From: a virus
Lineage: Duplodnaviria; Caudoviricetes
IMG/VR virus record: IMGVR_UViG_3300012913_000001
Location: 1 to 48,149 of that record
DNA length: 48,149 bases
Strand: one strand, 5' to 3'
Within the stretch, counting starts at the first letter, position 1; every line of letters begins with the position of its first letter. Under the pieces are notes generated by a model. It made no database searches and had not been told where the DNA came from. It was given only the letters and a program-made list of their open reading frames with translations. Shown here piece after piece: positions 26,179-33,912 of this stretch. The position numbers and the translations under genes are program-made.

Positions 26179-27159
26179 GTGTTCGATCAGCCGACAAGTG
26201 CCGAAGTTTTCGATGAAGACGCCTCACCGTTCGATCAGCCCGGACAGACCCATGTCGACCGGATTCAGGAATTTTCTACCTACCGAATCGTTCCGCACCC
26301 GGTGACCGATCTTCCGGTAAGGATGGCCCGTCCGTCTACGTTCGGTGGAACTCTCTCGGAGATCGATACCCTCGTGGAGTGGAAGATCGCAATGGGGGTT
26401 CTGGGGGTCGGCAAGTTCGAGGATCTGTACGCGCTGGCCAACTCCACGCCTCTGCCCGAGGAACCGATTGAACTTCGCCCGCCGGGGTGGTGGATGCCCT
26501 GGGCCAAGATCGGCCACATGGGCATGGACGCAGCCAGATCGGCTCACGGTGCGCACCTGGGAACATCCGTGCACTCGTGGACGGAACAGCTCGAACAGGG
26601 CACGATCGAGGTTTCTGACGTCCCGAAGAAGTTCCGGCCCCATGTCGAGGCGTTTCTCCGGGTCCACGCGGAACACGCGCTGGAGCTGAACACGGACTAC
26701 ATGGAGACCCTGATCTGTGAGACCACGGTCCACCGGACGAAACAGACAGCGGGGCTGTGTGGCCGCCTGGACCGGCTCCGGGACCACCCGTCGGGCTGGC
26801 TGTTCGTCGACGACACCAAGACGGGGAAGCAGGCTCCGAAGGGTCTGGACGAGATCGCCATCCAGGAAGCGGTCTACGCCAACGCCGAGTATCACTGGGA
26901 CCCGGACGGCCAGGTCTGGAAGCCGGCTCCGGAGAACGTTCACAAGGGGATCGCGTTTGTGACCCATGTTCCGATCAACAATCCGGACGCCAGCGAGATC
27001 ATCCCGGTGGACATCGAGTGGGGCTGGAAGGCTGCTCACGTCGTTGCGTGGGTGCTGGCGTACCGGAACCGCGCCAAGCGGAAGAACGACGGCCTACGGC
27101 TTCCTGTGACCGTTCTAGGCCAGATCACGGACTACGTAGCGGACTTGACCACAGACTGA
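26179..27159 (+). CDS. PD-(D/E)XK exonuclease (RecE/Cas4-like)
   Basis: GTSVH, GRLDRL, VDDTKTG, IQEAVY. Confidence 0.85.
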   Translation: MFDQPTSAEVFDEDASPFDQPGQTHVDRIQEFSTYRIVPHPVTDLPVRMARPSTFGGTLSEIDTLVEWKIAMGVLGVGKFEDLYALANSTPLPEEPIELRPPGWWMPWAKIGHMGMDAARSAHGAHLGTSVHSWTEQLEQGTIEVSDVPKKFRPHVEAFLRVHAEHALELNTDYMETLICETTVHRTKQTAGLCGRLDRLRDHPSGWLFVDDTKTGKQAPKGLDEIAIQEAVYANAEYHWDPDGQVWKPAPENVHKGIAFVTHVPINNPDASEIIPVDIEWGWKAAHVVAWVLAYRNRAKRKNDGLRLPVTVLGQITDYVADLTTD

Positions 27160-27221
27160 GAATCTGTGTTAGAGTTCGGAACGAAGGACAAAGCGTCCAC
27201 CGACTGAGGGAGATTACGAAA

Positions 27222-27614
27222 ATGGCATCGAAGGCTGCACTTCTCAAGGACACGCTCCACGCGCTGGAGGTCCGGACCAAGCGGGCCACCAACATCAACA
27301 AGGAGTTCGAGGCTGCGAAGAAGGCGTCGGAGCGGGCCACGGCCCGGATCGAGTCGGCCACGGCTGCCAAGACCAAGAACGACACGGAGCTGACGGAGTT
27401 CCGCGAGATCGTGATCGCTCTCGGCGGCAAGGTTCCGGAGCAGGTTTCCGAGACCACGGACGAGACCACAGCGTCCGGCGAGGTTTCCGAGACCACGGAC
27501 GTCATCCCGAACGAGGGTGCCGAGGGTCCGGCCGTGACCGAGGGTGAGACCACGGAGAACGAGGAGTCCGAGACCCCCCGGGCCAAGGGTGGCCGGTTCG
27601 CCCGCAAGGGCTGA
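27222..27614 (+). CDS. Coiled-coil protein with acidic tail
   Basis: GAGGGAG RBS, ATG 27222, very strong GC3 bias. Confidence 0.7.
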   Translation: MASKAALLKDTLHALEVRTKRATNINKEFEAAKKASERATARIESATAAKTKNDTELTEFREIVIALGGKVPEQVSETTDETTASGEVSETTDVIPNEGAEGPAVTEGETTENEESETPRAKGGRFARKG

Positions 27615-27668
27615 TCGAAAGCGGGAGTTTTTCCCAGGTTTTCTCCAGAATCAAAAAGACCTGGGTAG

Positions 27669-27748
27669 TTCCGACTAGCTCAACGGATAGAGCATTCTGG
27701 AGGGTCGCACCCCTGGAAAGGTTCCTGGTTCAAATCCAGGGTCGGAAG
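27669..27748 (+). ncRNA. tRNA-like RNA with extended non-canonical anticodon arm
   Basis: Acceptor TTCCGAC/GTCGGAA, D arm GCTC-AACGGATA-GAGC, T arm CCTGG-TTCAAAT-CCAGG; anticodon arm 24 nt instead of 17. Confidence 0.75.
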
Positions 27749-27756
27749 CGTAAGGG

Positions 27757-27842
27757 CCGGACATTCCCAGAGCCGATAATGTTTCAGCGCGTGGAATGGG
27801 TAACCTCCCGTCCGGGAGGTGTAACGAGATTTGTTACTCCGG
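27757..27842 (+). ncRNA. Putative four-way-junction structured RNA between tRNA mimics
   Basis: CCGGA/TCCGG closes CATTCC/GGAATG, ACCTCCC/GGGAGGT and GTAACGA/TTGTTAC stems. Confidence 0.45.
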
Positions 27843-27869
27843 GAGTGGGAGAAATGGTGCCCCACAAGG

Positions 27870-27959
27870 TCCCCTGTAGCTCTCGGTCGCGCGTCGGCCG
27901 ACTCGCCCACAAGGCGAAACGATGAGAGCAAGGTCCGGGTTCGATCCCCGGCGGGGGCA
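27870..27959 (+). ncRNA. tRNA-like RNA lacking anticodon arm, with expanded D domain
   Basis: CCCCTG/CGGGGG acceptor, TAGCTC...GAGC, then AAGGT directly into T arm CCGGG-TTCGATC-CCCGG. Confidence 0.65.
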
Positions 27960-28104
27960 CGCGTCGAAACGTTGACCGTATACAGACGACTGCCAAAAAC
28001 CTCCGCCAGTGTGCGGGTATCCGACAATAGCTCAGAGACCCTGAGTGTTTCGGATAGAGGAACGGTCCATCCTCAGAAAACACCAACAGAAACGAGATAC
28101 AGAA

Positions 28105-28680
28105 ATGGCGTTCAACAAGGCGGGCTCCGTGGAGTCCAATCCGTTCGAAACGGCCGGGGCTGCTACCTCGATCCGGTACCCGTCCATGAAGCAGTTGGGC
28201 ACTGGAGCGGTCCCGAAGGATGTCGTCTACGCCCAGGGCACCGACGATGAGCAGATCGTCAAGAAGTGCGCTGGCCGGCTCTGCATCTTCCAGCCGGTGG
28301 ATCTGGAGCTGAACGTCCCCAGCCGGTTCAAGGGCGTGCCCCCGGGCCCGCGCTTGAAGGTGGATGTGACTGTTCTGGACGGTGAGCCGATTCCGGCCGT
28401 TCTGGACAAGGACGGGGACGAGACCTACGTCTTTCCGGAGCCGCTGGTTCCGGGGTTCGTTCTCTCGGCCATGTTCATCGGGCAGAAGCTGATCGTGGAT
28501 CAGCTCCGGAACAAGGACGGATCGATGAAGACCGGCATGACGCTCGGTCGGATCGTGAACCTTCCGCCCAAGTCGGCCGGCGGCAACAAGGCGTGGGCCA
28601 TCGGCAACTACTCGGACGACGATTTCAAGGTGGCGTCCGAGTGGATCAAGGCCAATCCGGCTCCGTCGCCGTTCGCCTGA
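28105..28680 (+). CDS. Putative ssDNA-binding/recombination protein
   Basis: ATG 28105; near exonuclease; C-terminal PSPFA tail; function inferred from context only. Confidence 0.5.
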   Translation: MAFNKAGSVESNPFETAGAATSIRYPSMKQLGTGAVPKDVVYAQGTDDEQIVKKCAGRLCIFQPVDLELNVPSRFKGVPPGPRLKVDVTVLDGEPIPAVLDKDGDETYVFPEPLVPGFVLSAMFIGQKLIVDQLRNKDGSMKTGMTLGRIVNLPPKSAGGNKAWAIGNYSDDDFKVASEWIKANPAPSPFA

Positions 28681-28692
28681 TCTGACAGTCAG

Positions 28693-28728
28693 AAACCCGG
28701 CTGGTTCTTCGGAACCAGCCGGGTTTTT
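28693..28728 (+). terminator. Intrinsic terminator
   Basis: AAACCCGGCTGGTTC-TTCG-GAACCAGCCGGGTTT followed by T-run. Confidence 0.85.
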
Positions 28729-28785
28729 GGCTTTTAGGGTCTGGTATGCTGTTCACACCACCGACAAGTGTAAGGAAGTGAACTA

Positions 28786-30702
28786 GTGCGTGTCGCCGTT
28801 TACACACTATGGTTCCGGGCACTGGCGTACCTCCGGTCAGCAGTGTCCATCAGAACAATCTGGAACGTTTTCGTGGCGTTTGGTCGAGGCGTGGCCCGAT
28901 CTCTGGCTGCCACCGTTCGGTTCGTCAACGCCGACAGTAAGCTAGAACTCAAACTGGCCGATCCGGTGAAGCACCACGTGGAAATGTCACGTCGTCGCTG
29001 GGTCACGTTTGGTTTCCTGGCGCTGTGGATCGTCATCACGGTGCTGATTTTCCAGAAGTACCCGTGGCCGGTAGCTACGGCGTTCTTTCTGATCCACGCA
29101 GCCCTCATGATCTGGATCGGAAAAACTGACTTGCTTCTGGCCAAGGTCCAGACCAAGCGCATGGTCGGAGAGTCCATGCTCCGCAGCGTCGTGGACTCGC
29201 TCACGCTGACTGCGGCCCAGCTCAAGGCCGAACTCACGAGCCAGATCACGAGCCCCCCGGCCAGGTTGCCCAGCAACCGGGGCTTTGAAGTGACGATCCG
29301 GGTCAACCCTGCCGGCAACCCGGAGAAGATCCACAACGATCCGTTGTCCGTGGCGCACAAGCTCCAGAAGCCAGCCCGGACCGTGTTCGTCTACCGGGTC
29401 TCGGCCGATGCTTCGCTCGTGCGCATCCTCCTGCTGGACGTCGACCCCTGGACCCTGCCCCCGTCCGTCAACCCGCTCGTGGCCAACCCCCGGCCGGTGA
29501 ACCTCTGGACGGAGCAAGCCGACCTGGGAGTGCGCCCGGACTTTGTTCACATGCTGAAGAAGCTCGTGGAGGAAGGGGACGGCGGGGGCATCATCGCCGG
29601 TGGCGCACCCCGGAGAGGTAAGTCCGTTTTCCTTTCCAACATCCTGGTTTACCTCATGCTCGACCCGACGGCGCACATTCATTTGGTCGACGGCTCCGGG
29701 GTTGATTTCGCGGCTGTCAAACGGGTGTGCGCGAACTACGTCGGTGACGCGGATATCTCCGACCGTGAATTGCTGGCCAAGACTCACGGTCTGGTCAAGG
29801 CGCTCAAGGGGGAGGCGTCCCGGAGAAAGTCCATCCTGGCCGGGGAGGGAGTCTCCAAGCTGTCCGAGCGTCTGGCCCGGAAGCACAGCATCGGAACTGA
29901 GTGGCTGATCATCGACGAATTGGCCGTCATCACGCAGGACATGTACACCAAGCACAAAGAGGCAGTCGAGGATTTTCTAGACGATCTCCAGTGGCTAGTG
30001 CGCATGGGCCCGAAGTATGGGATTTTCTGTGTGCTCTCCACCCAGCGTCCATCGGAGAAGTCCATTCCTCCGGCCATCAAGGCTCTGATCGTTTTCCGGG
30101 TTGCGTTCTACATTGCGGATCAGCCTGGCTCCATGGCGATTCTCGGCAAAGCAGGTATCGCCAACCGGGCCGACCTGTTGGACCCGGATCAGAAGGGAGT
30201 GTGTATCGCTATCGGTGAAGGCCAGTTCCGGGCGCACTTGGTGGAGACGTTCGATCTGGAGAAGGTAGCCAGTTACGCGGCTGGCATCCGGTCTGGGTAC
30301 CAGCGGGATGGACAGTCGGCACCGGAAGATGCTCGGTGGCCGGAACCGATTCAGACCATGATCGACATCATGACCCGAGAAGAAGTAGTTGAGATCACAA
30401 CAGAGCAGATGCTCGAATCTCTCCAGGCTCTCGGATATGCCCGAGTAAACAAGGATGTTCTCGCGGACAGCGTCCGTCCAATGGGAGTTGCTCCCAGACG
30501 CATCCGGGTAGACGGAAAACAGAAACGAGGCTACGTCTTGGCAGATCTGAAGCGTGTCCCAAAATCCGTCACAAACGCCGACTCTGCCGCGTCACCGGCC
30601 GTCCCCGGGACAGCCTGTGACGAGTGCCAAGACAGCGCCTGTGACGGCATCCACGCCGTGGCTGCCAGGCAGGCTCAGGACTGCATGGAGGAAGATCTGT
30701 GA
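28786..30702 (+). CDS. FtsK/SpoIIIE-family DNA translocase, actinomycete plasmid TraB-like
   Basis: N-terminal TM helices, GAPRRGKS, LIIDELA, LVRMGPKYGI, STQRPS, C-terminal wHTH-like LADSVRPMGV...GKQKRGY. Confidence 0.88.
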   Translation: MRVAVYTLWFRALAYLRSAVSIRTIWNVFVAFGRGVARSLAATVRFVNADSKLELKLADPVKHHVEMSRRRWVTFGFLALWIVITVLIFQKYPWPVATAFFLIHAALMIWIGKTDLLLAKVQTKRMVGESMLRSVVDSLTLTAAQLKAELTSQITSPPARLPSNRGFEVTIRVNPAGNPEKIHNDPLSVAHKLQKPARTVFVYRVSADASLVRILLLDVDPWTLPPSVNPLVANPRPVNLWTEQADLGVRPDFVHMLKKLVEEGDGGGIIAGGAPRRGKSVFLSNILVYLMLDPTAHIHLVDGSGVDFAAVKRVCANYVGDADISDRELLAKTHGLVKALKGEASRRKSILAGEGVSKLSERLARKHSIGTEWLIIDELAVITQDMYTKHKEAVEDFLDDLQWLVRMGPKYGIFCVLSTQRPSEKSIPPAIKALIVFRVAFYIADQPGSMAILGKAGIANRADLLDPDQKGVCIAIGEGQFRAHLVETFDLEKVASYAAGIRSGYQRDGQSAPEDARWPEPIQTMIDIMTREEVVEITTEQMLESLQALGYARVNKDVLADSVRPMGVAPRRIRVDGKQKRGYVLADLKRVPKSVTNADSAASPAVPGTACDECQDSACDGIHAVAARQAQDCMEEDL

Positions 30703-31377
30703 GCCGGCCCCAGGAACAAGACAGGGTGGTCCGGTGGCTCACCATTGGGCTCACCATCGGTGCGTTTGCGAACAGCTACCGGCACGGCGTCGACTGGACC
30801 GTGAGCCACTCCCCGGAGGCTCAGCCGGAGTTCTGGGCATGGGTCATCGCAGCGCTCCCGGAGATCATGATCGTGATCTCCGTCCGGCTTGCGCTCCGGT
30901 CCCTGCGTGACCCACGGGTGTGGGTCATCGGGGGCTATGCCGTCGGGTGGACCATGTGGGTCAACGGAGCAGCGGCGGCCGGGGGGCTCAGTGGCTCAGT
31001 CGTGGCTCTTTCCCCAGCGTGGAGCGCACTTCTCGCGCTATGGGCCATGGACCACCGGGGCTCAGGTGAGCCTGAGCCAGCGGCTCACACCGGTGAGCCT
31101 GAGCCAGTGAGCTTGGCTCACATCGGTGGCTCAACTGGCTCATTTGAGCCGGCTCACGATGGCTCAACTGGCTCATTTGAGCCGGCTCAAGTGGCTCAAA
31201 TGAGCCAGGCTCAGGGGGGCTCAAACGTGGCTCAGACTGGGCCACGGCGGGGGGCTCAGCGTGGCTCACGGACCGTGGCTCAGCATGGTCCACGGGCACG
31301 GGTTCAGGCGTGGGTGGATCAGCAGGGTCCGGGGCTCAGCATGGCCGACCTGAGCCAGCAGTTTCCGGACGTGAGCC
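30672..31377. repeat. Dense GGCTCA/TGAGCC hexamer array
   Basis: About 34 exact copies by manual count, 28 of them in 30985-31377, both orientations, several reading frames. Confidence 0.9.
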
Positions 31378-31451
31378 GCGCGACCCTGAAGCGGGTCAAC
31401 CGGCCCAAGACGGCTGTGACGGCCACCGACAGAGAGACGGTAAACGCGTGA
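30699..31451 (+). CDS. Spd/DUF2637-like plasmid-spreading membrane protein with C-terminal HTH
   Basis: AFANSYRH, AWVIAALPE, four TM segments, low-complexity linker, LSMADLSQQFPDVSRATLKR; coupled to TraB-like gene. Confidence 0.7.
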   Translation: MSRPQEQDRVVRWLTIGLTIGAFANSYRHGVDWTVSHSPEAQPEFWAWVIAALPEIMIVISVRLALRSLRDPRVWVIGGYAVGWTMWVNGAAAAGGLSGSVVALSPAWSALLALWAMDHRGSGEPEPAAHTGEPEPVSLAHIGGSTGSFEPAHDGSTGSFEPAQVAQMSQAQGGSNVAQTGPRRGAQRGSRTVAQHGPRARVQAWVDQQGPGLSMADLSQQFPDVSRATLKRVNRPKTAVTATDRETVNA

Positions 31452-31735
31452 TCAGGACCGAAATTCAGCGAGCGCGAGACATCGCCGTGTTTGACTTTTT
31501 GTCAGACAATCACGGATCTATTCTCGAAAAGGAAGGGGAGAACTTCGCCATCATCCATACCGGCGGATTGGACCGGTCTCAGGTCAAGTTTCACATCATT
31601 GCGAGCGTGGTCACGTGTGGTCTGTGGCTTCCGCTGTTCTGGACTGTGGCCATGCTTCGGGCACCACGCCGCTGGCTACTGTTCATCAACGACAATGGCA
31701 AACTCACGATTACGGAGCTGCAAAGTGAATCATAA
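31448..31735 (+). CDS. Small membrane protein
   Basis: GTGA overlap; FHIIASVVTCGLWLPLFW segment. Confidence 0.6.
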   Translation: MIRTEIQRARDIAVFDFLSDNHGSILEKEGENFAIIHTGGLDRSQVKFHIIASVVTCGLWLPLFWTVAMLRAPRRWLLFINDNGKLTITELQSES

Positions 31736-31955
31736 CCATGAACGGGTCATCGCTCACGGCGCACTTCTCGACTTACGAACGAGTCTGAAGAACCGAGACC
31801 GGATGATTGAGGGCGATGGTCCGCAACGGGCTTTCGGCCGGCTCTACGATTCTCTGACCGTGGAGGAAAAGGACTTTCTTCAGGCTGCGATCGAATTCAC
31901 CAAGCCCCGTCCGCCGACCTGGCTGGACAAGCTGAAGGAGAAGCTGAATTGGTGA
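31725..31955 (+). CDS. Hypothetical protein
   Basis: GGAG RBS, operon tiling. Confidence 0.55.
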   Translation: MNHNHERVIAHGALLDLRTSLKNRDRMIEGDGPQRAFGRLYDSLTVEEKDFLQAAIEFTKPRPPTWLDKLKEKLNW

Positions 31956-32233
31956 CGACGAAGCCGATTGCGGCGCTCTGGGCCAAGCTTGAAGACCAAT
32001 TCAGTGAGACACGGTCCCGGTGGGTGGCCAAGCCTCAGCCCAAGGAACTGTCTGAGCGTGACTCGAACACGCTCGCGAGTGCCATCGACATTCTGAACGC
32101 ACACGATGCGTTCCTGGACGTGCTGTCCGCCGAGAAGAACAACCGGGACGCGCTGGAGCCTCGTGATTTCCGGGTGGAGTTCACGACGTTCTTTCTCCAG
32201 CGCAAAGCCATTAACAAACACCGGAGGTACTGA
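31952..32233 (+). CDS. Hypothetical protein
   Basis: AAGGAG RBS, GTGA overlap. Confidence 0.6.
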   Translation: MTTKPIAALWAKLEDQFSETRSRWVAKPQPKELSERDSNTLASAIDILNAHDAFLDVLSAEKNNRDALEPRDFRVEFTTFFLQRKAINKHRRY

Positions 32234-32412
32234 TGTTGAAGAAACGGAGATTCAAGGCCAAACTCCGACGGCCACAATTCATCAATGGCTGTTACGAATG
32301 GCTGCTCTACGATCAGAACGGGCTGTTTCTGGGACGGTACATAGCGCGTACTGACGATTTCTGGGCTTCAACTGATCCCCAGGCTCCACGGCTCGCGGAC
32401 ATCAAGCTGTGA
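32233..32412 (+). CDS. Hypothetical protein (59 aa)
   Basis: GGAGG RBS; TGATG overlaps at both ends; not in ORF track. Confidence 0.55.
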   Translation: MLKKRRFKAKLRRPQFINGCYEWLLYDQNGLFLGRYIARTDDFWASTDPQAPRLADIKL

Positions 32413-32942
32413 TGGCCAAGGGGCACCGGGCATTCTCGGCCACGTACTGGCTGGGGATCACGGCTGGCCTGGACGTCGTGCACCCAGGTCTGATTGCAAC
32501 CCCGGCCGTGATCGTCGGCGCGGTGCTGGCCTGGCCGATGTCGGCCGGCCGGTACTGCTCCCCGGACATCGACCACCGGTGGGCACCGGGCCCGCCTCGT
32601 AACCACTACGACTGGAGGTACCACCGTGGCTGGACGCACCGTTACTGGTTCGCCATGGTTGTTCTTCTGCTGTTCGGGGCCGCTCCCTTCGCTCTGCTTC
32701 TCCGGGCCGGGGTACCCGCTTCAGCTGCCAGCGCCATCTTCGGACTTCCGGCCGGATGGTGGAGCCATCTTGCCGGAGACCAGATCTACGGACGGCTGAA
32801 GGTGCTGGGTCGCGCTCGCGGGCTGGGGTGGAAGACCGGGGGCGTCGCGGAATCCGGTGGCCGATTCTGGCGTGATCCAGCGGCCCAGGTCTTCACGGTG
32901 GCATCCGGTCTGCTCGTGGTCGCGCATCTGGCGCTGGCCTGA
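32412..32942 (+). CDS. YdjM-like metal-dependent membrane hydrolase
   Basis: GH...SPDIDH...HRGWTH...SHLAGD. Confidence 0.85.
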   Translation: MAKGHRAFSATYWLGITAGLDVVHPGLIATPAVIVGAVLAWPMSAGRYCSPDIDHRWAPGPPRNHYDWRYHRGWTHRYWFAMVVLLLFGAAPFALLLRAGVPASAASAIFGLPAGWWSHLAGDQIYGRLKVLGRARGLGWKTGGVAESGGRFWRDPAAQVFTVASGLLVVAHLALA

Positions 32943-32950
32943 AACCCAAG

Positions 32951-32981
32951 AACGGCCCCGGATCACTGATCCGGGGCCGTT
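32951..32981. terminator. Bidirectional terminator
   Basis: AACGGCCCCGGATCA-C-TGATCCGGGGCCGTT between convergent genes. Confidence 0.8.
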
Positions 32982-32994
32982 CTGCTGTTGGGGC

Positions 32995-33213
32995 TCAGAT
33001 CTCGTCGATCCAGGCGTGGTCGCAGCGCATACGCGCGTCCAGGTTGAAAATCGTGACGAACCCCTCAGCTTCCTTCCGGTGGACGAACACGACGTCATCA
33101 CCGATGTTTTCCAGCATCACGATGCCCAGCTTCCGGTTCAGTTCGATCCGGTCCGCCTGCGACATCTCCAGCGAGTGAGCGTCTTCGTATTCGCCAACCA
33201 TGATCTTGAACAT
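32995..33213 (-). CDS. Hypothetical protein
   Basis: Own promoter TTGCGT-N17-TAAGCT upstream (about 33253-33281). Confidence 0.65.
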   Translation of the reverse strand: MFKIMVGEYEDAHSLEMSQADRIELNRKLGIVMLENIGDDVVFVHRKEAEGFVTIFNLDARMRCDHAWIDEI

Positions 33214-33278
33214 TTCTCGGCCCTTCGGTCGTTGTCGGTAGCTTCTGTGATCAGCTTACACAAAAGAGCGTGTAAACG

Positions 33279-33310
33279 CAACGGCTCCGGAGAAATCTCC
33301 GGAGCCGCTG
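33279..33310. terminator. Terminator hairpin
   Basis: CGGCTCCGGAGA-AA-TCTCCGGAGCCG. Confidence 0.7.
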
Positions 33311-33311
33311 G

Positions 33312-33698
33312 CTACTTGCCACGTCTGTGCTTTTTGTGAGCTGGAATCGGACAGTTGCCCATCCGGTCGCACGTCCCTCCGTCCTTGGTCGGAGCCCCGC
33401 ACTTCTGGGCTGACTGCGCACTTTTGGTCGTTCTGGTTTGAGTCTTCACCGGGTGGTACTCCCAGCCGTTGGGACCCATCACCGGCTCCACCACCGTGGA
33501 GTCAGGGAGTCCGGCCCCTTCCCATTCGAAGTTCCCCGTGGCCTTCAGCTCACCGGCCGTGGTCCGGTGCTGCTTCCGGATCTGCTCTGCGTGACGCGCG
33601 TTCAGCTTGGCTTGCTTGATCGCAGCCTGGCGCTTGGCTTTCCGATTGGCTCGGACTTTTTTCACGATCAAGCGGAACAGCCCCCGACGGCGTGCCAT
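33312..33698 (-). CDS. Basic protein with C-terminal Zn-finger
   Basis: CGAPTKDGGTC...CPIPAH; TGATG coupling. Confidence 0.6.
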   Translation of the reverse strand: MARRRGLFRLIVKKVRANRKAKRQAAIKQAKLNARHAEQIRKQHRTTAGELKATGNFEWEGAGLPDSTVVEPVMGPNGWEYHPVKTQTRTTKSAQSAQKCGAPTKDGGTCDRMGNCPIPAHKKHRRGK

Positions 33699-33886
33699 CA
33701 GCCGTTGTCCGACCATGCGTCGGAAAGCTTCAGATCCGTGTAGGTGGCGATGTACGCCAGGCCGTGGAACGGCTGAGCCTTGTTGTAGGCGTAGACGAAC
33801 TTCTCCGCTTCCGTCTTGTCGATGGTGGCTCCCAAGATCAGGAGCGCGTCATCGGCACCAAGTGCCAGAACCAGATAGATCGGCAT
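33698..33886 (-). CDS. Hypothetical protein
   Basis: ATG 33886 after CCACCGACAAG leader. Confidence 0.6.
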   Translation of the reverse strand: MPIYLVLALGADDALLILGATIDKTEAEKFVYAYNKAQPFHGLAYIATYTDLKLSDAWSDNG

Positions 33887-33912
33887 TTTCTGTCTTCTTT
33901 CTTGTCGGTGGA

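Noticed and set aside
27440-27500. Duplicated GGTTTCCGAGACCACGGACG
   Set aside because: In-frame VSETTD peptide duplication in a low-complexity tail; no sign of a DNA-level role
27669-27748. Functional decoding or UGA-suppressor tRNA
   Set aside because: No 7-nt anticodon loop and no TCA triplet in the arm
27754-27866. HDV-like/theta ribozyme after the tRNA mimic
   Set aside because: The GGCCGG start and CTCCCGT loop are suggestive, but I could not build consistent P2, P3 and P1.1 helices
27883-27930. Hammerhead ribozyme (CGAAAC, GATGAG)
   Set aside because: No CTGATGA core, and the elements are in the wrong order
30985-31377. CRISPR array
   Set aside because: Units are 6 bp, irregularly spaced and in both orientations; no spacers and no cas genes
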